Below are positions 27,333-35,908 of a DNA stretch of 64,000 bases, piece by piece. Source of the stretch: an uncultured Solirubrobacterales bacterium (lineage in GTDB: Bacteria > Actinomycetota > Thermoleophilia > Solirubrobacterales > 70-9); assembly GCA_963740685.1 (NCBI GenBank), contig CAVUGA010000017.1, forward strand, positions 4,627-68,626, read 5' to 3'. The position numbers were made by a program, and so were the translations under genes. The notes beneath the pieces were generated by a model. That model made no database searches, was not told the origin of the DNA, and was given only the letters and a program-made list of their open reading frames with translations. Each line of letters opens with the position of its first letter. Position 1 is the stretch's first letter.

Positions 27333-28495
27333 AATTGCTGGCCCAGCACCTGAAGTGCGCGCTGCAGCCCCTCATCCGGCTTGGTCGAGGGAACGTCCTT
27401 CGCCTTCACCTGGGGGGTGATCCCGGTGCCGTTGATCGATGTCCCATTGCGGGTCAGATACTCCCCCACCGTCAGATCGAGCGCGCCGTCGTTCTTCAAC
27501 GGGATCACCTCCTGGAAGGTGCCCTTGCCGAAGGAGGTGGTGCCGACGACCTTCGCGATCCCGGCCTGCTCCAGGGCGGCGGTCACGATCTCGGAGGCGG
27601 AGGCGGTGTCGCCGTTGATCAGCACGACCATGGGGTGGCGAGGCAGGGGGTCACCGGTCGCGTCGAAGGTCCGGGTGTGCTGGGTGCGCCCATGGGTGGA
27701 GACGATCTCACCATTCGGGACGAAGATGCTCGATACCAGCACGGCCTCCGTCAGCAGGCCGCCGCCGTTCCCCCGCAGGTCGAGCACCAGGCCCTGGGCC
27801 CCCTGCGCATAGAGATTCTCGACCTCCTTGCGCAGCTCCGCGTGGGCGCCGGGGAAGAACCCGGCGAGGCGCACGTAGCCCACCTTGACGCCGTGGACCT
27901 GCTCGATTCGGCCGGTGACCTGCGGGATGCTCACCTCGCGCCGGGTGAGCGTGACGTCGCGGCTGCTGCCGTTCTTGCTCGCGATCGTGAGCGTCACCTT
28001 GGTCCCCTCGGGCCCCCTGATCCGGCCGGTGACCGCGTCCGCGTCCTGGCCTGCGATCGACTTCCCGTTGACGGCCGTGATCACGTCGCCCGGCACGAGC
28101 CCGGCGTCCCGCGCGGGGGTGTGCTTGTAGACCGTCGCGACGCGCAGCCCGCGGTCGACCTCGTTCACACCGACGCCGATGCCGGAGAGGTGCGAGCCCT
28201 GCTTGAACTGAGCGTAGTCGGATGGGGTGAAGTAGTGGGAGAAGCGGTCGTGGTAGCGCTTCTTGATGTGGTCGATGATCGACCCGATCGACGCGTTCTC
28301 GAGGTCCCCATTGTCGACCGTGTGGAAGTAGTCGTCGTGGATGACGTCGATCGCCTGGGCCGTCGCGTCCTGGCTCTTGTTGCCGAAGACGTCGTTGACC
28401 CCGTTACGGATCACGTCCACCTGCCCGCCGGCGACGATCCCGACGACGAAGGCGATCGCGACCACAGCCGCGATTGCAAGTGTGCGCCGGGTCAA
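27329..28495 (-). CDS. ctpA: S41 carboxy-terminal processing peptidase with PDZ domain
   Basis: PDZ region (GIGVGV..GDVITAVNG). Catalytic NGDTASASEI and TSFGKGT. A TTG at 28495 overlaps the ftsX stop (TTGA) and gives an MTRRTLAIAAVV membrane anchor. Confidence 0.85.
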   Translation of the reverse strand: MTRRTLAIAAVVAIAFVVGIVAGGQVDVIRNGVNDVFGNKSQDATAQAIDVIHDDYFHTVDNGDLENASIGSIIDHIKKRYHDRFSHYFTPSDYAQFKQGSHLSGIGVGVNEVDRGLRVATVYKHTPARDAGLVPGDVITAVNGKSIAGQDADAVTGRIRGPEGTKVTLTIASKNGSSRDVTLTRREVSIPQVTGRIEQVHGVKVGYVRLAGFFPGAHAELRKEVENLYAQGAQGLVLDLRGNGGGLLTEAVLVSSIFVPNGEIVSTHGRTQHTRTFDATGDPLPRHPMVVLINGDTASASEIVTAALEQAGIAKVVGTTSFGKGTFQEVIPLKNDGALDLTVGEYLTRNGTSINGTGITPQVKAKDVPSTKPDEGLQRALQVLGQQF

Positions 28496-29451
28496 ATGCG
28501 GAGGAAGCGACGCAGCGTCAGGCCGCTGCCCATCGCCGAAACGCCCATGGCCACGCACAGCAGGACGAGCGCGAGGTTGGCGAAGCCGATCGTGTGCCCC
28601 GAATTGATCAAGTTGAAGTTGTTGGCCAGCGGATCCACGATCACCTGCTTACCGACGAACAGGAAGCCTATTGCGATCCCTGCGCCGACCAGGCCGCAGA
28701 CGAGCCCTTCCACCATGAAGGGCCAGCGGATGAACCAGTTGGTGGCTCCGACCAGGCGCATCACCTCGACCTCGCGCCGGCGCGCGTAGATGGAGAGCCG
28801 GATCGTGTTGGCGACGAGGAGCAGCGAGGCGACCAGCAGCAGCGCCGCTACCACGCCGAGCACCCAGCGGATCGCGGTGGTGGCGCCGCTGATCTTGCTG
28901 GCGTCGTCGCGCGAGTCGCCGATGTCGCTGATCAGCGGGCTGATCGGCGCCGGGGTCCCGTTGGGCCCGGGCGGGGTGATGGCAGCCCGAACACTCGGCA
29001 GGTTGGAGAGGTCATCCGGCGCGACGCTGAACGACGCGGGCAGTGGATTGTGCGAGCCCGGCAGCTGGGCCGTGATGTCCTGGCGGTTCTCCTGCTTGAG
29101 GCGCGAGCTGAGGATCTGGATCGCCTGGTCCTTGGAGACGAACTGGACCGACTTCACGTGCGGGATGGCCTCGAGCCTGGCCTGCAGGGCCTGGACCTGA
29201 TTCGCGGGAGCCTGCTCTCCGGCCCCACCGGACACCGGTGCTCCGGTGCTGTTCACGTCGTTGAGGAAGACGCGCAGGCCGACCTGATCGCGCACCTCGT
29301 TGGTCTTGCCGTTGGTCGTCTGCAGCACAGGGATCAGCACGCCGAGGAGCAGCACGGTGATGCAGACCGTGACGATCGCCGCCAGGCTGGGGGCCGCGCT
29401 GCGGCGCAGCGCGCGCATCCCTTCGCCGATGAAGAAGAAGACTCGCCCCAT
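28492..29451 (-). CDS. ftsX: cell-division ABC transporter permease-like protein FtsX
   Basis: Typical FtsX N-terminus (GEGMRALRRSAAPSLAAIVTV), extracytoplasmic domain and 3 C-terminal TM helices. Confidence 0.9.
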   Translation of the reverse strand: MGRVFFFIGEGMRALRRSAAPSLAAIVTVCITVLLLGVLIPVLQTTNGKTNEVRDQVGLRVFLNDVNSTGAPVSGGAGEQAPANQVQALQARLEAIPHVKSVQFVSKDQAIQILSSRLKQENRQDITAQLPGSHNPLPASFSVAPDDLSNLPSVRAAITPPGPNGTPAPISPLISDIGDSRDDASKISGATTAIRWVLGVVAALLLVASLLLVANTIRLSIYARRREVEVMRLVGATNWFIRWPFMVEGLVCGLVGAGIAIGFLFVGKQVIVDPLANNFNLINSGHTIGFANLALVLLCVAMGVSAMGSGLTLRRFLRI

Positions 29452-29460
29452 GGAAGCCGC

Positions 29461-30312
29461 CTAGTAGCGGGTCTCCTCGTCCTCGACGCCCATCTCCTCG
29501 CGAAGCCGGAGCGCGAACTCGCGAGTCGACTCGTCGTCGGCGGTGTAGGTGCCGGCGGCCTGGTCGCGGATCACATGGCCGTCCTGGAGAGCGATCACTC
29601 GGCGGCGCATCTTGTCGACCATCTCCCGGTCATGGGTGACGACGACGACGGTGGTGCCGGTGCGGTTGATCCGGTAGAGCACCTGCATGATCCCGATGGA
29701 CGTGTTGGGATCGAGGTTTCCGGTCGGCTCATCCGCCAGGAGCAGCGGCGGGTGGTTGACGAACGCGCGGGCGACGGAGAGGCGCTGCTGCTCGCCGCCC
29801 GAGAGCTGATCGGGGAAGTTCTTGACCTTGTCGGCGAGACCGACGAGCCGGAGCGCGTCCGGCACCTTGCGGCGGATCTCCGAGCGGGAGGCCCCGATCA
29901 CCTGAAGGGCGTAGGCGACGTTGTCGTAGACGTTGCGGCTCGGCAGAAGCTTGTAGTCCTGGAAGACGGTGCCGATCCGGCGCCGCAGCTGGGGCACCTT
30001 CTTGTCCGGGAGTGACGCGATGTCCCGGCCGGCGATCAGCACCTCGCCCTCGGTCGGCTGAAGCTCGCGGATCAGCGTCTTGATCAGAGTCGTCTTGCCG
30101 CAGCCGGTCGGCCCGACCAGGAAGACGAACTCGCCTCGGTCGACTCGCAGGCTGACGTGCTCGAGCCCGACATGGCCGCCCGGGTAGACCTTGGTGACCC
30201 TCCGCATCTCGACGATCGGCGGGCGGGCCCGCTGCTCGGTGAGATGCTCGGGCCGGCGCGCGGCCTTCGTCGGCCGTTCGCGAAGGAGTTCGGATGTCTG
30301 TCGTCTTGCCAT
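29461..30312 (-). CDS. ftsE: cell-division ATP-binding protein FtsE
   Basis: Walker [30 protein letters not shown]. Start is either ATG 30312 or the internal ATG 30207 (MRRVTKVY). Confidence 0.9.
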   Translation of the reverse strand: MARRQTSELLRERPTKAARRPEHLTEQRARPPIVEMRRVTKVYPGGHVGLEHVSLRVDRGEFVFLVGPTGCGKTTLIKTLIRELQPTEGEVLIAGRDIASLPDKKVPQLRRRIGTVFQDYKLLPSRNVYDNVAYALQVIGASRSEIRRKVPDALRLVGLADKVKNFPDQLSGGEQQRLSVARAFVNHPPLLLADEPTGNLDPNTSIGIMQVLYRINRTGTTVVVVTHDREMVDKMRRRVIALQDGHVIRDQAAGTYTADDESTREFALRLREEMGVEDEETRY

Positions 30313-30530
30313 AGCCGAAGCGTGGTCTCGGGAAGCCGCCCTGCGAGGCAACCCCCCGAACGAGGCACAGGGTAGGGAACCCTCTAAAGCGCAGCGCAAG
30401 TTCCCGTTCGCACTGCAACACCGCGCCCCGCCCTGAGTCGCGCACGCCCTGACCGGGCCGTTTAGCGCCACCTGGGCGCGGGCACGAATAGCCCAAGCGC
30501 AATAGGAAATCGATCCGAGCGAGGGCCGCA

Positions 30531-30897
30531 ATGAAGGTGACGACGCAACCAGCCGACCAAGACCGTTTCCGAGGCTCTGAGCGGGGCCGAGAGACAGGCG
30601 CGCGAGACGATCAGCGATGCCCGCAAGGAGGCTCGCCGCCGGCTGATCCGCGCCAGGGTCGCTGCCGCGCGAGCCAGGGCCGGTACGCGTGCGAAGACGT
30701 CCGGCGCTTCGAAGAAGGCTGTCGGCGCGGCGGGAGCGGCCGGGCTGGCCGCCGGCTACTTCCTCGACCCGGACTCCGGCACCCGACGTCGCCACATGGC
30801 CCGCGACCGCGCCCTGGCGCTGATCCGGCGCGGTGGAGAGGCGTCTGCCGGCGACGGCCAGACCGTGGACGAGCCTGCAGAGCCAGACCGTCAGTAG
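30531..30897 (+). pseudogene. small Ala/Arg-rich protein (YFLDPDSGTRRR motif) with start codon out of frame
   Basis: High-GC3 frame from about 30541 to TAG 30895..30897 has no ATG/GTG/TTG until near its end. ATG 30531, with GAGGG upstream, lies in the -1 frame relative to it. Confidence 0.4.
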
Positions 30898-30910
30898 GTG
30901 ATGTAGCGAC

Positions 30911-30943
30911 GGCGGGACCGCGTGGCGTCTACGCGGCCCCGCC
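30911..30943 (+). terminator. GC-rich hairpin after the small gene (no U-tract)
   Basis: 13-bp stem with one mismatch (GGCGGGACCGCGT / ACGCGGCCCCGCC), 7-nt loop. Confidence 0.35.
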
Positions 30944-31218
30944 AGTCGCCCTCTCGCACTCCGGTGGCGTCCGATGACACCGGAGATACGACTTCGCCCC
31001 GATTATCCCCCGGATTGCGGCGCGCCGCCTCGTCGAAACGCCTGGGCGGCAGAGAAGTGGGTCGGCTGTCGGGGCTGGGCGAGTTCATCGGGTTCGGCTG
31101 AAATTCCGCCGGCCCGCGTCGCCCCCAACGACTTGTTCCTGCGCAAATTGCGGGGAAGGGCGAGTCGAAAACTCGGCCTCGCCTCTACCCGGTTCTTCTA
31201 AAAGTGCTTCAGCCCGAC

Positions 31219-31467
31219 TAGAATAGCGGAGCCTTTCGGAGGAGCGAGATGCATCGACGTTCTGGCGTCGGCCGCGACTCCACGACGAGCTTGGAGGCAC
31301 GCCCTGCATGGGGGCAGGGTCGGGTTTCCTCGGCAAGCAAGGACCGGCACAACCGAGGATGTCTTTCGTGAACAGCAGCATCTGACTCCGAGCGACTTCG
31401 GAACTACAAGTCTCCCTGCCCCATGGGAGCTGCGCACCACAAGGGGATGGCGCGTTGAGGCGAGCCG
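31219..31467 (+). promoter_or_regulatory. candidate promoter (-10 TAGAAT 31219..31224) and structured 5' leader of the STAS gene
   Basis: Region of lower GC with no convincing ORF. Mutually exclusive pairings: local hairpins at 31302..31319 and 31412..31429, versus long-range 31307..31319 with 31414..31425. Inner hairpins lie at 31328..31358 and 31388..31402. Confidence 0.3.
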
Positions 31468-31896
31468 GTGGAGCGGCCTAGCGGGGCCGCTCCACCCCGC
31501 CCTCCCGGGGGGAACCGCGAGGGCGGGGCTGCCAACGGCCAGCTCCTGACCGTGCACGTCGAGGCGGCCGGGCCGGACGCATCCGTGGTTTCGCTCGCGG
31601 GCGAACTGGACCTGAGCACCATCCCGACGATCGAGGGCCGGCTCTTCGAACAGCTCCGGTCCCATCCCGGCGTGGTCGTTGACCTCACCCGGCTGAGCTT
31701 CATTGACTCGTCGGGGATCGGGCTGCTGATCAAGGCGTTCCGCACGGTCAATGGAACAGGGCAACTGCACACCGTGATCGCTCCGGGCTCTCAGGTCGAG
31801 CGGGTGTTCCGGTTGGCGGGGATCGATCGAGCGCTGCCGTTGTTCCTCGAGCGATCGCAGGCCCTTGGCTCCCTGAACGGAGCCGCGGGCGACTAG
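31468..31896 (+). CDS. STAS-domain anti-sigma-factor antagonist (SpoIIAA-like)
   Basis: VVSLAGELDLSTIP..VVVDLTRLSFIDSSGIGLLIKA. The track start GTG 31468 sits inside an 11-bp hairpin. In-frame GTG 31552 is an alternative. Confidence 0.8.
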   Translation: MERPSGAAPPRPPGGNREGGAANGQLLTVHVEAAGPDASVVSLAGELDLSTIPTIEGRLFEQLRSHPGVVVDLTRLSFIDSSGIGLLIKAFRTVNGTGQLHTVIAPGSQVERVFRLAGIDRALPLFLERSQALGSLNGAAGD

Positions 31897-32414
31897 TCCG
31901 GCTGGTTCCCGTCGACCACCGAAGAGGGCGCGCTCTCGCCGGCCGGAGTCGTATCGCTCTCTTCCTCAGCGACCGGCTCAAGCAGGAAAAGCTCGACGGC
32001 CAGATCCGGGTCGACGTTGATCGAGCTCATGTACGCGATCACCTTGCGACCCGTCGCCTCCTCGATCACGCGCCGGAAGTCATCCTCCATCGCCTGCTGG
32101 AAGCTGCGTCGCATCTGGTAGACGGACTCGACCTGTCCGGTATCGAGAAGCGTCCGCTCCACCCTGGTGAAGCCACCCCTCAAGATGGACACGACCATGT
32201 CGCCCACCAGGTGGGTCTTGGCCTTGGTCGGCCCCTTCCCGTAGTAGCGGGAATGAAGCTGGACCAGGCCGGTCGAGATCTGCGCAAGGGTCTCGCCCCT
32301 CGCCGATCCAGGCGGTGCTCCATGCGGGGAAACGGCAAACCTCCAGACAATTGGTTGCCGCCCCTCTTCGTAATAAGCGATTAGCGCGAAGGGAAGAGTT
32401 GCGGGAAAACCCAA
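31893..32414 (-). CDS. DUF2294-family protein (start unresolved)
   Basis: LAQISTGLVQLHSRYYGKGPTKAKTHLVGDMVVSILRGGFTRVERTLL..VYQMRRSF. Sequence between TTG 32414 and about 32300 has non-coding-like codon usage. ATG 32323 is out of frame (G4 run at 32296..32299). Confidence 0.6.
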   Translation of the reverse strand: MGFPATLPFALIAYYEEGRQPIVWRFAVSPHGAPPGSARGETLAQISTGLVQLHSRYYGKGPTKAKTHLVGDMVVSILRGGFTRVERTLLDTGQVESVYQMRRSFQQAMEDDFRRVIEEATGRKVIAYMSSINVDPDLAVELFLLEPVAEEESDTTPAGESAPSSVVDGNQPD

Positions 32415-32567
32415 CGAGCGCGGGGCATCCTAGTGAGTCGAGGTCGGTGACAGCGATGCCACGCCGCCACGACCGAGCGTACTCCTATTCCTCTACCGCA
32501 TCAGGATCCGCCGGAAAAGGGTATTCTCGAAGAGCCGCCGGCGGCGCAAGGCGACGCTTGGCGGTGA

Positions 32568-33089
32568 ATGAGAGAGCGGTCGGACGACCAGCCTGCACCC
32601 CGACGGCTGGCCGGACGATTGCCCGGTTGTCGGCGGAATCCGTTCGGCGAAGAAGAGGTGTTTGCCGTTATCGACCGGCGCAGAGACCCAGGTTCGACAG
32701 ATGCGAGCGGCCCCGAAGACCCCGGGAGACCGGGTGATGAGCGCGAGCCGCCGACCTCGAAGGAGGTCCACGACGAGATCGCCCGGGAGATCCTCCGCAT
32801 CCACAAGGAGTCATACGGGAACGGCGCGGGTGCGGCACAGGCCATCGTCACCGAAGGATGGGTGATGGTGATCCTCGACGATCTGGAGCTGCTGCCGAAC
32901 GAGAAGTTCCTGCTAGAGAACGGAGACGCCGGCACGGTGATGCAGGTGCGAAGCCAGTACCAGCAGGCGATTCAGGCGACCTTCTCGGCCGCCATCGAGC
33001 GGGCAACCGGGCGCTCCGTCATCGGATTCGCCAGCACCACGAGCCTCGACGAACCGCGCTTCGCCGCGGAGATCTTCAAGCTGGAGTAG
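32568..33089 (+). CDS. DUF2294-family protein, divergent paralogue (start unresolved)
   Basis: EIAREILRIHKESYGNGAGAAQAIVTEGWVMVILDDLELLPNEKFL..VMQVRSQYQ. The first roughly 55 codons look non-coding. ATG 32737 with a GGGAGA SD is in another frame. Confidence 0.6.
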   Translation: MRERSDDQPAPRRLAGRLPGCRRNPFGEEEVFAVIDRRRDPGSTDASGPEDPGRPGDEREPPTSKEVHDEIAREILRIHKESYGNGAGAAQAIVTEGWVMVILDDLELLPNEKFLLENGDAGTVMQVRSQYQQAIQATFSAAIERATGRSVIGFASTTSLDEPRFAAEIFKLE

Positions 33090-33100
33090 CGGCAGGCTAG

Positions 33101-34120
33101 CTAGGAAAGAGGCCCGCCCTGGATGGGCGGGTGCTGCACGATCGGCTTCTTCAGCAGCGCCTCGCGGGCCAGGTCGGCGATGCCGCTGGCGGTGAGGCCG
33201 AAGTGCTCCATGCAGGCCTCGGCGGTTCCGGAGACCCCGAACTCGTCCTGCATGCCCAGCGCGAAGACCGGGACCGGATGCTGCTCCGCGGCCACCTGCC
33301 GGATCGCGTCGCCGAGGCCGCCGACGACGCGGTGCTCCTCGGCGGTGACGGCCAAGCCGGTCTTCGCGAGGGAACGCAGCACGCTCTGCGAGTCGATCGG
33401 CTTGATGATCGAGACGTTGACCACCTCGGCCTCCACCCCGTCCTCCCGCTCGAGGGTATCGGCCGCCTCCAAACCACGCCAGACCATGTGGCCGCAGACG
33501 AAGATCGAGATGTCCTTGCCCTCCCGCAGCACGTCGACGCCGGCGCCGAGCGTGTCGGGGATCTCGTTGTAGACCATCGGCGTCTTGGGCCGCCCGAAGC
33601 GCATGTAGAGCGGGCCGTCGAAGCGCTCGTAGGACTCGATCACCGCCGCGTAGGCCTGGTTGTAGTCGGCGGGAACGATCACCTGCATCCTGGGCATCGC
33701 CCGCATCAGCGCGAGGTCCTCGATCATCTGGTGCGAGGCGCCGTCCTCGCCAAGGGAGACGCCGCCATGCGAGGCGCCGATCCGGACCTTGAGGCCGTTG
33801 TGTGCGATGCCGAGGCGCACCTGGTCATAGGAGCGGGAGGTCGCGAAGATCGCGAAGGTCGATGCGTACGGAACCTTGCCCGATGCGGCGAGGCCGCACG
33901 AGATCGACATCATGTTCGCCTCGGCCGCGCCGATGTTGAAGAACCGCTCGGGGAACTGCTTACCGAACTTCATCGACTGAGTGGAGACCGCCAGGTCGGC
34001 GTCGAGGGCGACGACCTCCGGGTAGCTCTCCCCGAGCGCGACCAGGGCATCGCCATATGCCTGCCGGGTCGCGATCGATTCCGTCTGGGGCTCCGCGGCC
34101 TCGATCAGCTCGCTCGTCAT
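33101..34120 (-). CDS. transketolase, C-terminal (pyrimidine-binding) subunit
   Basis: FFNIGAAEANMMSISCGLA.., HGGVSLGEDGASHQ. 4-nt overlap with the N-terminal subunit gene. Confidence 0.9.
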   Translation of the reverse strand: MTSELIEAAEPQTESIATRQAYGDALVALGESYPEVVALDADLAVSTQSMKFGKQFPERFFNIGAAEANMMSISCGLAASGKVPYASTFAIFATSRSYDQVRLGIAHNGLKVRIGASHGGVSLGEDGASHQMIEDLALMRAMPRMQVIVPADYNQAYAAVIESYERFDGPLYMRFGRPKTPMVYNEIPDTLGAGVDVLREGKDISIFVCGHMVWRGLEAADTLEREDGVEAEVVNVSIIKPIDSQSVLRSLAKTGLAVTAEEHRVVGGLGDAIRQVAAEQHPVPVFALGMQDEFGVSGTAEACMEHFGLTASGIADLAREALLKKPIVQHPPIQGGPLS

Positions 34121-35037
34121 CGGCCTTCACCCCGAAGAGCCTTGTCCTGCTGACCGAGCGTGGCTTCGAGCTCCTCCATCGCCTGTTCGGCCTGCTCGGG
34201 CGTCGGCGGCTTGCCGTGGAAGCCGAAGCGATCCTCCATGAAGGAGACGCCGCGGCCCTTCTTGGTCTGGCAGACGATCGCCGAGGGGCGGTCCAGGGTG
34301 CGGCTCCGCTCCAGCGATTCGACGATCGCGCCCATGTCGTGACCGTCGATCTCGATGGCATCCCAGCCGAAGGCCTCGAACTTGGCGCGGACGTCGCCGG
34401 TGTCCATGACCTCCTCGGTGGTGCCGTCGGTCTGCAGGTGGTTGTAGTCGACGATCGCGGTCAGATTGGGCAGGCCGAAATGCGCCGCGGACATGGCGCC
34501 CTCCCAGCTCTCGCCTTCCTGGCAGTCGCCATCGGACATCACCGTGAAGACCTGGGCGGTGTCGTCGAGGCCGTCGAGGCGGAGGGCCAGGCAGATGCCG
34601 ACGCTCATCGAGAGACCCTGGCCGAGGGAGCCGGTGGAGACCTCGATCCCCGGCGTCCGGGTCATGTCCGGGTGGCCCTGGAGGTGCGAGCCGATCTGGC
34701 GGAGCCCCATCAGGTCATCGGCGGGGAAGTAGCCGTGCTCGGCGAGTGCGGCGTACTGGATCGGGGCCGCGTGGCCCTTGGAGAGGACGAAGCGGTCGCG
34801 CTCCGGCCACTTCGGGTTGGAGGGATCGTGGCGGAGCACCCGGTAGTAGAGGGCGGCGACGATGTCCGCCGCCGAGAGTGAGCTGTCGAGGTGCCCCGAC
34901 TTGGCGACGGCGAGCATGCGCACGCAGTGGATCCGCAGGACGGTGGCGTAGCGCTCCAGCTCGGCGACCGAAGGCTTGCCTCCCGCCTTGCTGGGCGGCT
35001 CGGGCGTGGGATCTGGGACGGGCTTCAGGTGCGCCAT
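34117..35037 (-). CDS. transketolase, N-terminal (TPP-binding) subunit
   Basis: SGHLDSSLSAADI..DRFVLSKGHAAP..GSLGQGLS..VMSDGDCQEGESWE. ATG 35037; the track ORF extends further upstream. Confidence 0.9.
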   Translation of the reverse strand: MAHLKPVPDPTPEPPSKAGGKPSVAELERYATVLRIHCVRMLAVAKSGHLDSSLSAADIVAALYYRVLRHDPSNPKWPERDRFVLSKGHAAPIQYAALAEHGYFPADDLMGLRQIGSHLQGHPDMTRTPGIEVSTGSLGQGLSMSVGICLALRLDGLDDTAQVFTVMSDGDCQEGESWEGAMSAAHFGLPNLTAIVDYNHLQTDGTTEEVMDTGDVRAKFEAFGWDAIEIDGHDMGAIVESLERSRTLDRPSAIVCQTKKGRGVSFMEDRFGFHGKPPTPEQAEQAMEELEATLGQQDKALRGEGR

Positions 35038-35185
35038 CGGCGGCTCAGCTTGCGCCTGGTCGTACGGAATGGCCTTGGGCTGCGGCTTGCTCAAGACCGG
35101 GCGGCGAGGGTAGCAGCGGGCGGCACCGGTGGGGACCCTAGATTGCCGGGCCGACGGAACCTGCGAGACACATAGCCTCTCGTCC

Positions 35186-35884
35186 ATGAAGCTCGGAGCG
35201 ATCGCGCTGGCGGCAGGGCTCGTGCTGGCGGGCTGCGGCGGGTCGGGCGGCGAGGATCGTGCGACAAGCGCCGCGGCGACAACCGCAACCAGTCCCGGGG
35301 CCCAGGGCGCCAGGGCGCAAGGCAAGCTTCCGGCGGGAGCGGTCGGACCTGTGGACACCTCCGAGGAGGCCATCGAGGGTCCCGCCGCCACGGAAGCGAG
35401 TCCCGAGGCCCCGGCGAATGGACCGAGCGCGACGGGAGAGCTGGCGGGTCCCGACAGCGCCGCCGTTGCTGCGGCGGTGCGGGATTACGTCGCCGCGCTC
35501 GACCGCCACCAGGCGGCGCGGGTCTGCGCGCTGATCGTCAGGGGCGGAGCCGATCTGGGCGACCTGCCGAGGCGGCGCGGGGGCTGCCGCTCCTCGTTGC
35601 GCGCCTCGATCGGCGTTCGCCCGGCTGGCGGCGGGCCGGCCTGGCTGCGTACGAAGGTGGTCGAGGTGAAGCCGGAGGCGCTTGGCGACGACCGGGCCAG
35701 GGCCACGACGACCGTCACCCACAGCTTCGCGGACCGCGCCTACGTCTCCGTCGAGGACGACGTGATCTACCTGGAGAGGGTGGGCGGCCGCTGGCTGCTC
35801 GCGAAGCCCAGCGCGACTCTCTACCGAGCGGTCGGCTACGCCCAGCCCCCGCTGCGGGCGTTCGCGCCTCCCGCCGGCTGGTGA
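35186..35884 (+). CDS. lipoprotein, function unknown
   Basis: MKLGAIALAAGLVLAGCGG lipobox, low-complexity linker, then a roughly 130-aa domain. Confidence 0.6.
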   Translation: MKLGAIALAAGLVLAGCGGSGGEDRATSAAATTATSPGAQGARAQGKLPAGAVGPVDTSEEAIEGPAATEASPEAPANGPSATGELAGPDSAAVAAAVRDYVAALDRHQAARVCALIVRGGADLGDLPRRRGGCRSSLRASIGVRPAGGGPAWLRTKVVEVKPEALGDDRARATTTVTHSFADRAYVSVEDDVIYLERVGGRWLLAKPSATLYRAVGYAQPPLRAFAPPAGW

Positions 35885-35908
35885 CACCCGGTCGCGGACC
35901 GACGATCG

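Noticed and set aside
31249-31371. 40-codon ORF (MHRRSGVGRDSTTSLEARPAWGQGRVSSASKDRHNRGCLS) with a GGAGGAG Shine-Dalgarno sequence inside the STAS leader region.
   Set aside because: Third-codon-position GC is much lower than in real genes here, and the peptide is Arg/Ser-rich with no hydrophobic core. The sequence is better explained as structured RNA. A leader-peptide role cannot be fully excluded.
33101-35037. Split transketolase as a disrupted gene.
   Set aside because: Two-subunit transketolases (N-terminal TPP-binding and C-terminal pyrimidine-binding halves, here with an ATGA overlap) are a well-known natural arrangement, not a pseudogene.
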